Below, piece by piece: positions 24,598-38,117 of a DNA stretch of 64,000 bases. Position 1 is the first letter of the stretch. Each line of letters starts with the position of its first letter. This DNA comes from Octopus sinensis (lineage: Eukaryota), in assembly GCF_006345805.1 (NCBI RefSeq), contig NC_042998.1, positions 86,924,001-86,988,000 on the forward strand, in the 5' to 3' direction. Position numbers and translations under genes: made by a program. The notes under the pieces are model-generated. The model saw only the letters and a list, made by a program, of their open reading frames with translations, was not told the DNA's origin and did no database searches.

Positions 24598-24824
24598 TTA
24601 ACCCTTTAACAATCAGGTTATCCTCTCAATTGTAATGCTTATTCATTCACATTGCTTTGAAGTAATCAAGCATTATCTCATAGCTTTGAGATTTCAATGA
24701 TGTGAATGTTTGATTTGAATGACATTGTCAAGTAGGTATGAGAAGCCAGATCTGGCCACTTCAACCATAAAATAGGTAGGACATTTTGGGCCAGATATGA
24801 CTGATTTAAATGCTAAAGGGTTAT
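24598..24824. mobile_element. piggyBac-like MITE
   Basis: TTAA-CCCTTTAACA ... TGCTAAAGGG-TTAT termini, non-coding, ~225 bp. Confidence 0.7.
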
Positions 24825-24894
24825 TGAAATATTTTATCTTAGAAAGAACATTGAAGATACCTTTTTATGTAAATATATTTTTATGCAACTACAT

Positions 24895-26080
24895 TATTAG
24901 GCCTCACAGAGGCAAAGTGGCTGAGTTCCTTTCGAGCATTGGGCCTCATGGAGGAAAAGTGGCTAAGCTCCTTTCGAGTGTTGGGCTTCACAGAGGGAAT
25001 GACGAAGACTTTTGGCATCATGTCATGCTTGAGAAGAAGACCCATCAAGGTGAGAAAAATCGCAGGCATGGCAGATACCAGTATCACACAAATGGCACTC
25101 GTGCTGGTGGCACATAGAAGCGCTCATTACACTCTCGGAGTGGTTGGCGTTAGGAAGGGCATCCAACCATAGAAAACCATGCCAAATCAGACTGGATCCT
25201 GGCACAACCTTCCAGCATGCCAGCCCAGTCAAACTGTCCAACCCATGCCAGCATCGACAACAGATGGTGATGATACACACATGATTACAACAGCTTCTTC
25301 CAGGTTCTGAGAATTAACTCCACTCAAGGCTTTAGTCAGCCTAGGGCTACAGTAGAAGACACTTTCCCAAAGTGCTGTGTATTGGAACTGAACTCAAAAC
25401 TTGCTTAAGTTTGCAATAATTCTTATAAAAGATATAATTTGTTGATGGGTAGATTTTATCAAAATGATTTAGGGGCCATATAACACATTGCTCATTATCA
25501 GGTGGGCCACACTAATAAAAAAAAAGTGAAAGTAATTTTTTGCCAGTTGTGCTATTCTGAAAGTTCCTAGGGCCACCTGTGGCCCATGACTGCTCTACAT
25601 TCAACAAGTGAGAATAATGTTTTTATTGGTATTCCTATAGATTTGTGATCTTTTGCCATTTGATGACAGCACCACATGTCCGGCACCCGTGCTAGTGGAG
25701 CGCTAAGATCACCAGCTGAGCGTGATTGTTGTCAGGGCCACTGACTGGCCCCCATGCCAGTGGTACGTAAAAAGCACCATTCAAGTGTGATCATTACTAG
25801 CATTGCCTTACTGGCATTTGTGCCTGTGGTACATGAAAAAACATTCAAGCGAGGGCGTTGCCAGTGCCACTGGACTGGCTCCTGTGCAGGTGACACGTAA
25901 AAACACCATTTGAGCCTGGCCGTTGCCAGTACCACCTGACTGGCTCTCATGCTGGTGGCATGTAAAATCACCCACTACACTCTTGGAGTGGTTGGCATTA
26001 GGAAGGGCATCTGGCTCACCAGTCCCCAGTCAAACCATCCAACCCATGCCAACATAGAAAGTGGACATTAAACAATGATA
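24895..26080 (+). mobile_element. Two RTE 3' UTR copies (24895-25280 and 25670-26080)
   Basis: Family motifs GTGGTTGGC(G/A)TTAGGAAGGGCATC, CCAACCCATGCCA(G/A)CAT and GATGAT tails. Confidence 0.75.
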
Positions 26081-26430
26081 ATGATGTATCTGTCTTTTGA
26101 TGACTGTTGTCGTTCTGACAGATATTGTTATATTCCGAAGCACAGACATGACTATCAGCACAGTCTACATGTACTCTCGGCCTTCTCACCTTTCTGTCAA
26201 CTGGCTACTGGTCTATTTATAATGACTGGCTACTTCCACTTTCACTGGGAGGAGTGTACAGTTTCACTATATGATAAGATTATAGGATCCCTATCATCCA
26301 TTATCATTTAAACCTAAAAACCATCCATAGTAAACATATAAAGCAGCATTAAGGAAATTGTTTTCTCCCAAAATGTTTTTATTTATTATGAAGAATTCGT
26401 AATTGTTGTTTGTTATTTCATTTATTTCAG

Positions 26431-26788
26431 CCAGATCAGATTGATGCTTTCTGTACTGCAGCAGCTGCCGAGGAAGCCAAATATGTGCCAGATTCTGGCA
26501 GTACCATACTTCAAGAGTCACTGCCTGTATTTAGTCATAAAACAATTGAGACTATATTATCAACTGGATTTCAGGTTCCTGAAACTGATGAGAAATGGCA
26601 CATTGATCTGAAACATTGTATTGAAACCACAGGGGAAACAGATCTAAATGAGAATCAAGATAAATCTGCAAATATAGTCGAACCAAAACAAACTTCTAAT
26701 GAGAATGACTGTAAAACTTCTGACATTGTTCTAACGCAGTGTGAGACTGAAGTTGATGCACTTTTATCAATGGGCAGTTCGAAAACAG
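26431..26788 (+). CDS. AVEN: AVEN homologue, coding exon 4
   Basis: Acceptor TTTATTTCAG. Open frame PDQIDAFCTAAAAEEAKY...ETEVDALLSMGSSKT. Donor G|GTATTT, phase 1. Phases fit exons 3 and 5. Confidence 0.85.
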
Positions 26789-27187
26789 GTATTTTTCTTT
26801 CTCACTTTACTGGTTTCTTTCCACTTTCTTTTTTTCAGGTGCTAGTTGCGTGTGGAATTTGTTTTGTTATGTAGTTTCAGCTTCTATCTCATTGTGCAAC
26901 TCCTTTGGCAAGTGTCTTCTAACATTACCTCAATGCCTTGTCAGGGAAAATGATTGATGTAAACTGTATGAAAGGTCATTTCTTTTTTCTTTTACTTTTA
27001 CTATTTTCAGTCAGTGTACCATAGCCATGCTGGAGCACTGCTTTCAAGGGGTTAGTTTAACAAACCAATTCCCCAGTACTTATTTTTTAGAGTTACTTAT
27101 TTTATCAGTCTTGTTTGCCAAACCTCTAAGTTACAGAGATATAAACAAGCCAACACAGGTTAATGAGTAGTGGCATGCAGCTTCACC

Positions 27188-27238
<51 letters not shown>

Positions 27239-27239
27239 A

Positions 27240-28335
27240 CATGGATGATGGTACACTTGCATTTAATGATTCTGAAAAGAAACAGGCTTGGAAATGCCAA
27301 CATAAAAGGCTGCTAAATGTGGAGGATGAATGAGAGAAAGAGAATCTGCCAAGTGTTGACCCTACTGAGGGACCAGCTAAGCCAAATTGTTAGTAACTTG
27401 GTAGATAAAGCAATTAAGGATATGAAGACAGGGAAAGCTCCTGGCTCATCAGGAATCATTGCTGAGACACTTATAATATCTGGTGGAGTAGTATATAGCC
27501 TAGTCACCCATATAGTTAATCATGTTGTCCACGAGGGAGTCATCCTCAACTATTGGTGTTGCAACATTATAGTCAACTGCTATAAAGGCAAAGGTGACAC
27601 CTTAGACAGGAATAACTACAGAGGCATCAAATTGCTGAACCAGGTGATGAAAGTCACAGAATTAATTAGGAAGAGAGTTAGTGTAAATGAGATGCAGTTT
27701 GGATTTGTGCCAGGAAAGAGCATGACTGATGCTATATTCCTGGTTAGGCAACTGCAGGAGAAATATCTAGCCAAAAATAAACCCCTGTACCTGGCTTTTA
27801 TTGGTATGAAGAAAGCCTTTGACAGGGTCTCCACTCCCTTATCTGGGACACATAAGAGGTGTAGCAATACCTGTAGAAGGTTAGCAGTGAAAATAGATTT
27901 TGTGTGTGGAAGGTGCACAGCTACAATTAACACCAAAAATGTACAGAAAATAGACTCCATCAAATGTCAAGGGGAGAAAACTAGAAGTAGTTGATAGCTT
28001 CTATTGTCTTGGTGATCAAATCAGTAGCAGAGGTACATGCTCTGAGAGCATTGCTGCTAGAATAAGAATAGGCTAGGTGAAGTTCAGAGAACTTTACCTC
28101 TGTTGGTAGCAAAGCGTCTCTCCTTCAGAGTGAAAAGCAGATTGTATGATGCCTGTGTGCAAACAGCCATGTTACATGGGCTGTGACTGCAGAGGACATG
28201 CAGAGGCTTGAAAGAAATGAAGTTACTATGCTCTGCTGGATGTGCAATGTCAGTGTGTATGCATGACAGAGTGTAAGTGTCTTGAGAGAAAAGTTGGGCA
28301 TAAGAGGCTTCAGATATGGTGTGCAAGAGATACAA
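27240..28335 (+). mobile_element. RTE LINE RT fragment with internal deletions
   Basis: KAPGSSGI, NYRGIKLL, QFGFVPGKSMTDAIFLVRQLQEKY and AFIGMKKAFDRV, then C-terminal RTE motifs with stops. Confidence 0.88.
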
Positions 28336-30280
28336 CTGCACTGGTATGGACATGTGAACTTCCACACAGTTTCCTTCTACCAAATGTACTCACATGTATT
28401 GTTTGGTCCAGTGCAGTGGGACTGAACCTGAAACCTTGTGGTTGCAAAGTGACCTTCTTAGCTACACAGCCACATCTCAGTTTTTGTCTTTTAAGTCAGG
28501 AGGGCAGGCAGTGCCCATAACACTGGTGGGAGTTGAGGGAAAGATATCCTTAAACTGGAAAGCTCACCTGTGTGACTGCAACCAAATGCCCTCTGCTAAA
28601 AAGGCAGCGAGCTGGCAGAATCGTTAGCACTCTGGGCAAAATGCTTAGCGGTATTTTGTCTGCCACTACGTTCTGAGTTCAAATTCCGCCATGGTTGACT
28701 TTGCCTTTTATCCTTTCAAGGTTGATAAAATAAGTACCAGTTACACACTGGGGTCAATGAGATCGACTTTCTCTCTCACCCCAAATTTCAGGCCTTGAGC
28801 TGTTAGTAGAAAATAAAATGAACTCTGCTAAAGGCTCTCATAGGGATGTGAAACTGGGTTATGAATGAAGTCTGTGGCCAATGAATTTGCTTCCTTAGGG
28901 CCAACCAAAGCCTTGTGAATGGATTTGGTAGAAGGAAAGCAAAAGAAGGCCATCATATATCTGTATGTATGTGTCTGTCTTTTTCTATCTATCTGTTTGT
29001 TCCCCACCACCACTTGACAACTGGTGTTGGGATGTTTACATCCTCATAACTTAGTGGTTTGGCAAAAGTAACTGATGTAAATAAGTACTAGGCTTAAAAA
29101 TAATACTGGGGTTGATTCATTGACCTAAAATTCCTCAGGGCAGTGCCTCTGTATGGCTATAGTTGAATGACTGAAACTAGTAAAAAAATAAAAGACATAA
29201 ATATGTTATTTGCAGCAGAAGCCATATTTGTTTAAAACAGCCATCTATGTATCATACTTAATGCATATGCATTGGCAAAAAAGCAATTTAGCTGCAGTAT
29301 TCACCTGAAAATGGTATCTCCTATGACCACACTGTTTAAAACATGTAAAAAGCATGCATGCTGGTGCCACATAAAAAGCACTCATGCCGGTGCCATGTAT
29401 GAAGCACCTGTACTAGTGCCACATAAAATGTACCCGTTCTACATAAAATGTTTCCATTCTGCATAAAATGGACCCATGTCAGTGCCACTACAAAGCACCC
29501 ATGCTGGTACCACATAACAAGCAGCCAGTACACTCTGTAAAGTGGTTGGTGTTAGTAAGGGCATCCAGCCATAGAAACCATGCCAAAATAGACAATTGGA
29601 GAATGGACAGCTCTCCAGTTGGCCAGCTCCTGTCAAACCATCCACCTCATGTCTGCATGGAGAATGGACGTTAAATGATGATGAGAAGAATATCAATGGC
29701 GAATGAAAATCAAACAGCAGCAGTTTTAAAAATGCTAGATACACATTTCTGCCTCTCAGGCCTCTGTCAGCAGCATGTACTCAGTAGCAACCACAAGCTA
29801 AGACCAGATCTGTTTCTAATGATTGTTCAGTCACTATTTTCTTCTATCTTAGAATGCAGTGGCAATGAGTACAGACTGGAGAAAGGGAGAAATGTATGTA
29901 CCTCATATACCTTACCTATACTCCCCACTGGCTATTTGGTACCAGTACCTGTCGTTCACTTTTGTCATTTATCCACCTCTTGCTAGCCATTGCTCTCTCA
30001 CTTCTATCACTGGTGTCATAATAAAATGAACCCAGTACACTCTGTTAAAGTATACCGCTATGAAGACCCTTTGGTCATTTTGAGGATATACCAACTTCTG
30101 TATTACTTGTGCTACAAAATAGTGCATCCAGTACACTCTATTAAATGGTTGGTATTAGGAAGGGCAGCCAACCACAGAAATGAATCTCGAAAGGAAACTT
30201 AGAAGTGAGATGAGATTACCTGACCCATCTAGAAGAATAAAAGTGACTGAATTAACCCATGCCAGCATGAAAAGTGAATG

Positions 30281-31549
30281 TATTGGGTTAGTAAAAGAGT
30301 TTGTAGCATTTTACAATTGGGAATGTTTAATCATGTGATTTGTTTATCACGTGACAAGAATATAACATATATTTTCTGAAAGAGGGGATCTCAATACATT
30401 TTTCTATTTGAATTTTTTGTGTGGATTATTTTATGCTGTTCTTATAATAAAATTGAAAATGAAAGAAAATTAAATACCTCTCCATCATTTCATGCTCTTT
30501 TCTTTCTGGAGAGGCAAAAATGCTGCACAAACAGCAAAGAAGATATGCACTCGTCTATAGAGATGGTATCATAGCTGAAAGCGGTGCTCATAAGTGCTTT
30601 GCTAGGTTTAGAACCAAAAATTTTGAATTGTGAACATTCTAGCAGGCCTCCAGTCATTGATAATGAACAGAGACTTTTATAAAAAAATAGTCCATGTTAC
30701 ACAATGCAAGACAGAAATTCTTCACATATCTCAAGTGAGTATTATAAAGCATTTAAAAAAAGTTGGTTACATGAATCACCATGATGTTTGGACGCCTCAT
30801 AATTAAATGGAAAAATCTTAATAGAGTGCATTTCATCTGTGATTTTGTGCTCAGATGAAACAAAAACGGTCCACTTTTGAAAAGAATGATCATGTGTGAT
30901 GAGAAATGGATTATTTACAACAACATAAAATGGAAAAGGTCCTAGGGAAAACAAGATAAACCGCCTTCAATCTTTTCAAAAGTTGGTCTGTATCTGAAGA
31001 ATGGGATACTCTGTATCTGGTGGGATTGGAAGGGTATATTATGAGCTGCTTCCACAAAATCAGACAATGAAATGTTAAATTCAGACTATCATTGTTTCCA
31101 CTTAGACTGATTAAAGGAAGCAATTGATGAAAAACGTCCAGAATTGGCCAACTGAAAAGGTGTTGTCTTACAACAGGACAAAGTTCAACTGCACGTTTCT
31201 TTGCAGACCAGGCAGAAATTGGTGTTGCTTGGGTGAGATGTCCTACCCCACCTACCATACTCACCTGACTTTGCACCTTCAGATTATCATTTATTCCGAT
31301 CCTTGCAAAATTCTCTTAATGGGAAGAGCTTCAATTCTTTAAAAGAGTGTAAAAACTACTTAGACCATTTCATGACCCAGAAAGATGCCAAGTTCAGGCA
31401 GGATGGGATCATGAAGCTGCCTCAAAGATGGTGAAAGCCAGTGGAACAAAATGGGAAATATGTGGTTGAGTAAAAGTATGTACAACTATCTTAATATTGT
31501 TAATGAATTTTACTTAAAAAATGCTACAAACTTTTTAACCAACCCAATA
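30281..31549 (+). mobile_element. Full-length (1269 bp) degenerate mariner element in AVEN intron 4
   Basis: Paired ~30-bp TIRs (TATTGGGTTAGTAAAAGAGTTTGTAGCATTTT / AAAATGCTACAAACTTTTTAACCAACCCAATA) with TA flanks. LCIWWDWKG and PYSPDFAPSDYHLFRSLQN motifs are broken by frameshifts. Confidence 0.92.
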
Positions 31550-31773
31550 AATCAACAACAATGACAATGATTTTAGTTTTGTTGTTTAACTCCTAAACGT
31601 CTTTTATATTTTAAAATGCAACAGGAATTACCCAAAACTATAAAAGTTTACATTAAATATACTGTTACCCTACTGCTTATTGATTTCTTTTAAAGCTGTT
31701 GGTTTGTTTATTTTGCTTTCTCTTTTTGTAATATTCATTCTTTTAATGTTACTGTTTATTTCTACCAATATAG

Positions 31774-31890
31774 ATGTAAATATGGGCAATCAGCAATTAA
31801 TGCAGAATGATACATCCTGTAAACAATCCAAGGATGAAGAATTAGCACAGATTAACGGCCCAGAAACTTTACCTAAGAAAACGGAAAAGC
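31774..31890 (+). CDS. AVEN: AVEN homologue, coding exon 5
   Basis: Acceptor ..CCAATATAG. (D)VNMGNQQLMQNDTSCKQSKDEELAQINGPETLPKKTEK. Donor C|GTATGT. Phase 1 on both sides. No motif conservation, supported by splice phase only. Confidence 0.72.
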
Positions 31891-33124
31891 GTATGTAATT
31901 TTGTATTGACCTTCAAAACAATTCACTTGCATTTGTTTAATGATTTTTGTATGAAAATCTTAGGCAACTTTCTCAATATAAAAATATTTGACACAAAGCT
32001 TCCATAAACGTTTATTTCAAATATAAATTGTTAAGTGTGATTGAATTCTTCCATGTTACAGGCTGTTCAAGATGTTAGTTAATACAAACTTGGAAGGTTT
32101 GTCTTTACATTTGTTTTTCCATGTTAGTATGAATTAGAGGCATATGTTTTACAGTTAGATGCCCTTTTTGATGCTGAGCCTTAGCTCTTTTTCAAGGATG
32201 AGGGATCTTTTGTTCCACACAGCTTCAAAGGTACAAAGTGAGTGGGCAGTTTGACAGAAGTGTCAAAAAGAATACTATATGAATGTTGTGGCTTGCATAT
32301 AAATGAGTGGCTGATGTAAACATAGTCTGCGTGCACACACACACATGCACACACACATATGATGGGTCTTTTTTTTTTTAGTTTCTGTCTACCAGATCCA
32401 CTAACCACTTAGCTTTTGTTGGCCCAGGGCTATAGTAGATGCATGCAATTAAAATAGGTTTTTGTTAACATGCCATAGCTGTCATAATCTAGTGTAGAGT
32501 TTGACATATATATATATTGGAGTAATATGCACATATCTAGAACACTGCTTTTGTTATGCATATAAACACTTTAAACTGCACTGAAAAGATATGGCCAGTC
32601 TATCTGATTGTCAGTGAACCACTCATAAACATGCTTCAATCACTGGCTCATAGAATCGCAGTTGCCTCTCTTTGCACCTTCTTCCACTTTGTACCTCTAA
32701 ACTCTCTGCATATTTCCTTCACCCTTGATGCATTTGTCTCTCTTTCTGATGTCAGTCCTAATATATTCCTACTTCATACAACTGTAACTCTCTATAACTC
32801 CTTTCCTGTCTACCCATGTTTTGCTTGCAGACACTGACCTACAGATATTCAAATCCAACACCAACCACATTAGTTTCAAAGTGCACAATAGTCATAGGCT
32901 CTGCTTCGACTTGTTCTTCATGATTAACTTTAAAACAAAGTGTAAAGCTGAAAAGAAAGTTTCTGGTTATAATTTTAGAAACCAGTATTAATGCATGGTG
33001 AAGAAATTCACTTTGTAACCACACGGTGCACTTTGTGGCACCTTTAGCAGTTATCTTCTACTTTACAGGTCAGCCAAAGCCACTTTAGTGAATTTGATGA
33101 ATGCAAATTGAAAGAAGTCCATTA

Positions 33125-33490
33125 TTGTGGCACTCCGTCGGTTACAACGACGAACTTTCCAGTTGATCCAATCAACAGAACAGCCTGCTCATGAAATTAA
33201 CGTGCTAGTGGCTGAACACTCCATAGATACAGGTACCCTTTGTGTAGTTCTCAGGGAGATTCAGCATGTCAGTGTGAGACAAGGCTGGTCCTTCAAAATA
33301 CAGGTATAACAGAAACAGGAAGAAAGCATGAGAGAAAGTTGTGGCAAAAGAATACTGCAGGTTTCACCACCACCTCCTGCTGGAGCTTCATGGAGCTTTA
33401 GGTGTTTATGCTCAATAAACACTCACAATGCCTGGTTTGGGAATCAAACCCCAATCCCATGACCTAACCACTGGGCCACTGCACCTCCAC
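33125..33490 (-). mobile_element. tRNA-derived SINE (family C)
   Basis: Minus head GTGGCCCAGTGGTTAGG (A box) and GGTTTGATTCCC (B box). The middle part recurs at 50960-51060 (+). Confidence 0.65.
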
Positions 33491-33729
33491 CCATTATACA
33501 TATGCATGCACACGTGTGTGTGTGTGTGTTTTTGTTTTGACATTATATGATGGTTATAAATGTGTGTTACTGTTGTGCAAGTGATGCCATTCATTTCCAT
33601 TCTTCTGTGATAAATATGTCTGTCTATGGGGAAATATTGCTTTGTTTGGAAATGAGTTAGGCTTGGAGTCAAGAAGGAAATTTGACTAAGAAATCTGCTG
33701 CATCTGTTTTTCATGATGGTTTTATTTGG

Positions 33730-34115
33730 CTGGTTTGACAGGGTCCAGCAAGTCCCAGGGCCAAGCTCTGCTGTCAGTTTAGGCATGGTTTCTACAGCTG
33801 GATGCCCTTCCTAATGTCAACCACTCTATGATGTATACTGGCACTAGTAAGGTAGCCATATATATATATATATATATCATGCTGGTGGCACGTAAAAAGC
33901 ACCAACCGATTGTGGCTGTTGCCAGCCTCCTGGCCTCTGTGCTGATGGCACATAAAAAGCACCCACTACACATGGAGTGGTTGGCGTTAGGAAGGGCATC
34001 CAGCTGTAGAAACACTGCCAGATCAGACTGGAGCCTGGTGCCACCTCCTGGCTTCCCAGACTCTAGTTGAACCGTCCAACCCATACCAGCATGGAAAACA
34101 GATGTTAAATGATGA
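33730..34115. mobile_element. Two oppositely oriented RTE 3' UTR fragments separated by (TA)n
   Basis: 33730-33850 minus and 33878-34115 plus share the TTTCTACAGCTGGATGCCCTTCCTAA segment in opposite orientation. Confidence 0.7.
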
Positions 34116-35300
34116 TATATATATCTTAAATTTCACACCTCTCTTGTTCAGTAAACACTGAGTTAAACTTGCAAAGCTGTTTATTTTCTCATTTTAATTT
34201 TTTATGTTTATTTTAGTGGGTTACCAAACTATCAGTTTGGTCTCCCAGCTAAAATGGTAATGACAAATTTTTAAGTTTGCTTGACATTTTACAAGTGTGA
34301 AAGGGATTAAAATTTTGATATTCAGTATCAAAGGTTCTGACAAGAATAGGCCGAAAATGAGAGCTTGAGACAAGAAGACATTTTCGACTAGTCAGAATTT
34401 TGTTTACATAATCAGTTCGATCAGTCACCTTACTCTGTTGGTTGAGTAAAGTGTCATCCTAGCTGATGTTTATTGGTAATTAAACTTATTTTGCAACACT
34501 TGTGCATATTTATCAGCTTTGTTTTTGTTGATAATTCTTATCAACAACTTTTCCTGTGATTGTCATTTAAGAAGACATACAGAAGTATGCTAAAGATCAG
34601 ACATAATCTCTTGTGGGCAAGAAATGTAAAATAAAGTTTATTATAAATGACTCAAACACTTTCGTAATTTAATAGCTTTCAATGTGATACCTGTTAAACA
34701 GAAATTATTTTTATTTAATGAAAATTTAATAAAATCTAATCATAAGTAAGTGAAGTTATGCTATATACAACTGAATTGAAAACCTTTTTTTCCTGGCCAT
34801 ATCAGCAATTCTGAAAACTTTTGGGTGTGAATTTTACACTAGTAGTAGCTTTTTATTAACAATTTTTATCCTGAAAATCACCTGTGTAAATTACACAGGT
34901 GTGCAGATTACATGCATCTTTACAGTATGATGACCCAGCAGCCATCAGAAGGAGACTAATAACCATGACCATATGAAGTTTGTCAGAAAAACAAGAACTT
35001 TCAAAACTGTGCTCAGGAAAGATTAATTTAGTTCAGCTTATTTTCCCTAAATTATCTTAAACAATTGAAACTGGTAGCATATTTGGATAAAAATGTAAAT
35101 ATTCTCCTTTTATTTATGATAACATTCTCAAAGCATTTTCACCTTTTACTTTTAATATACATGCACACAAGTACACCTTCACACATGTGTTTATTAATTT
35201 TTACCACTTACTCTCCAGACACTTGTGTTTTGTATGTTTGTAAATATTTGCCTCCTAAATCAAAAAATACCATCATATTTTAAATATTATGTCTTTTCAG

Positions 35301-35362
35301 AATATGTTAGTGCTGCAACATCTTCATTGGAAGATTGGCTCGACAGTGTACTGGATGATTAG
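35301..35362 (+). CDS. AVEN: AVEN homologue, terminal coding exon 6
   Basis: Acceptor GTCTTTTCAG. (Q)YVSAATSSLEDWLDSVLDD* (TAG 35360-35362) matches the conserved Aven C-terminal LEDWLD motif. Confidence 0.92.
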
Positions 35363-35403
35363 CTATGTGTTTTTGTTGCTGTTGACTTGAAAAAAATACT
35401 CAG

Positions 35404-35409
35404 AATAAA
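35404..35409 (+). terminator. Candidate AVEN polyadenylation signal (a second AATAAA at 35491-35496)
   Basis: AATAAA about 40 nt after the stop codon. Confidence 0.45.
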
Positions 35410-36436
35410 AGACATATCTATTGATAGCAGATTTCATTAGAAGATATCACTAATATGCTGACTCAATTCTTTTCACTGGTACCAAAAAGAAATAAAAAGA
35501 AATAATAATCCTTTCTACTAAAGGCACAAGTCCTGAAATTTGTTGGGAGGGGACTAGTCGATTACATTGTCCCCAATGTTTCACTGGTGCTTAATAAGTA
35601 AAATATCTGTATGTGTATGAACTTTTATCTATATACATTTTGTTGGCTACTAACTTACACTTTATGGTACTGAAACCCTTTTACAATGCAAATCTATTTT
35701 TGTGAAATATGTTTGTAAAATATTTATTGTAATGGAGATAAAAAATAAACTGTCAAAAACTTTAAGGCAATTACCATATAAAGAGTTAAAAGTTGTTTGC
35801 ATAATGTTTTGTTTTACTTTTACCTTATAAATTGTGTGATGTCATCATTTAACTAATTTTTAAGATCTTACAAAAATAACTAAATAAATCCATTATATAA
35901 GGGTCAAAGTAGGGGATAAAAATATCAAAAGTTGGTTACTAAACATTTTCATTATATCATACCATAAAGGATAGTAGAATTGGGTATGAATCATGAAGCA
36001 GATATTTTATGATTGTTACATTAGACACATAATTTGTAAGGAATTTTGTTTTGAAATTACAAAGGCTACAAGGATGAGTTTACTCTATACATTCTGGCAC
36101 CCCTATTTTTTTATACTGTCTTTTTCATTTGGACACTTAATTGATGGATCAAATATGCTTACTTCACAGCCAATGAATTTCACATGTGTAACAATATTAA
36201 ACCTTTTGGTACCAACTTGCCTGATTCTATGATACACACTTCCTGTTCTAAAGTAGTTGAAATTACAGCTTTTCCCAAAAACTCCATGTTAATTTACATT
36301 CCAAACACCAGCCTAATACCGATAAAATTATTTCACTATTAAGTCTTTATTATTTTCAAAAATAATTGAAACAGAAGCCATTGTATTTCAACAGAAACAT
36401 TGTAATAAAACAGGTTAAAATAACAACAGCCAATAA

Positions 36437-37578
36437 CACAACCCAACAAGTATTTTGTTGTTTGGTTGTTTTTACCTGAATTGAAGATTTTTTTGATATG
36501 CTGAATCCAAAAGTGAAATCCATTTTTTACCATCACATTTAAATTTCAAGATACCCAAAATCCTCAGTCATTAGTAGGTAATATACATAGAGTTTAAGAT
36601 GGTCAATTTTCTCCTAGGGCAACAAAATGGATACACCAAATATCCATGCTTATCATGTATGTGGGACAGCAGATCCAGGAGGAAAATGTTGTGTGATTAA
36701 AGAATGACTGCTGCAAACATCAGTTCCAGGGTCTTTTGATGTGGTTGAAGAGCTTTTAGTTCAACATAGAAAAAAATCACCTACTTCTGCTTCTTATCAA
36801 ATTTGGCATTATGAAGCAGTTTGTTAAAGCTCTGGATAAAGATGGGCCATGCTTTTATATCTGTAGCACATTTCCTGGTTTGAGCAGTGTGCTAAACGAT
36901 AAAAACTAGAGTATTTGATGGGCCTCAAATCAGAAAATTGACAAAAGATGGGATCTTTGTAAATTCAATAAATTTCATTGAAATAACAGCATGGAATTCA
37001 TTTGTAATAGTTGTAAATGATTTTCTGGACAACAAGAATGCATTCAACTATCTCAGAATAGTCAACAACATGTTGCAAAGCTCTCAAAAGTTGGGAGCAA
37101 ATATGTGCATGAAGTTGCACTCTACATTCACCTTGATAAATTCCCTAAAAATCTTGGTGACACTAGTGATGAGCAGAGAGAATGTTTCTATTAGGACAAA
37201 ATAATCAATAGAACACAGGTATCAAAGCAGATGGGACTTCCAAATAATAGCTGACTGATTTTGGAACTTGGTCTGTGATCTTCCAACATCAAATTCATAG
37301 GAAATTAGATGTAAACAATTATGTAATTTGTAGAAATTTCAAGAATTTTACTAGTTTTCAGTAAGATTTTAAGAAAACATTTTGGTTTTGTAGAGTAATT
37401 AATTTCCATGTTATGCCTTGTTCTTGATAAGCTGTTTTATTTTTAAAAAAATGTAAATCAATGGATCTGATGTGATGGTATTAAATGGATGTCATTTCTG
37501 GATTCTGTGTGTCAAAAATCCCCTACTTCAGCTCCAAATATTTTGACAACAGAGAAAATTTTTTTTTGTTGGGCTGTA
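36437..37578 (+). mobile_element. Internally deleted Chapaev3-like (CMC) DNA transposon
   Basis: Termini CACAACCCAACAA / TTGTTGGGCTGT. Broken transposase with GVFDGPQIRKL, AWNSFVIVV..FLDNK and a degenerate DEQGERFHQD...RYQGRW block. The family name is from memory. Confidence 0.6.
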
Positions 37579-37639
37579 AATCTTACTCAACACAACTGTG
37601 ATATTGTTGATGTATTTCAAGGAATGGCTTGCATGAAAT

Positions 37640-38117
37640 AATCTACAGTCAGGTAATTTACTCAATGTGATATATTATGAAAGAAGCATACACTTAATGA
37701 ATAAACTACAGTGAAGAAGAATTGTGATAGAACATGGAAGAGAACCATGAAAATCAACAGTAAGCTTGATCTGTTCCACCAAAGTAGCTTGAGAAGGATT
37801 CAGAGAACATATTGCAAGACCATATAACATTCTAATGAGCCAAGACAAGACCACATACTGAAATCATCATAGAATGGAGATTAAAACTAGCAAGTCACAC
37901 TCTGGCTATCAGAACACTGCCATTGTAAAACAACTTTCAAATGGATACCACTGGGGGGTAAAAGAAGAAAACTGAAGACTGCATGGCACAAGAATATTGA
38001 TACCTAACATGAGAAAGGTCTATGTCACATGGTTCGATGCAGAGGAAAGTGCAGCCAACAGAAACCAGTGGTGTCACCTTGCTGCCCAATGTTCTCTAGA
38101 GTACAAGAACTGCTACT
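37640..38117 (+). mobile_element. Old RTE-like LINE 3' fragment
   Basis: Degenerate RTE C-terminal coding similarity ending in a short CTACTG/CTACT tail. Confidence 0.45.

Noticed and set aside
26585-26596. CTGATGAGAAA hammerhead-like string
   Set aside because: Lies in AVEN exon 4 coding sequence (ETDEKW) with no stem II or stem I.
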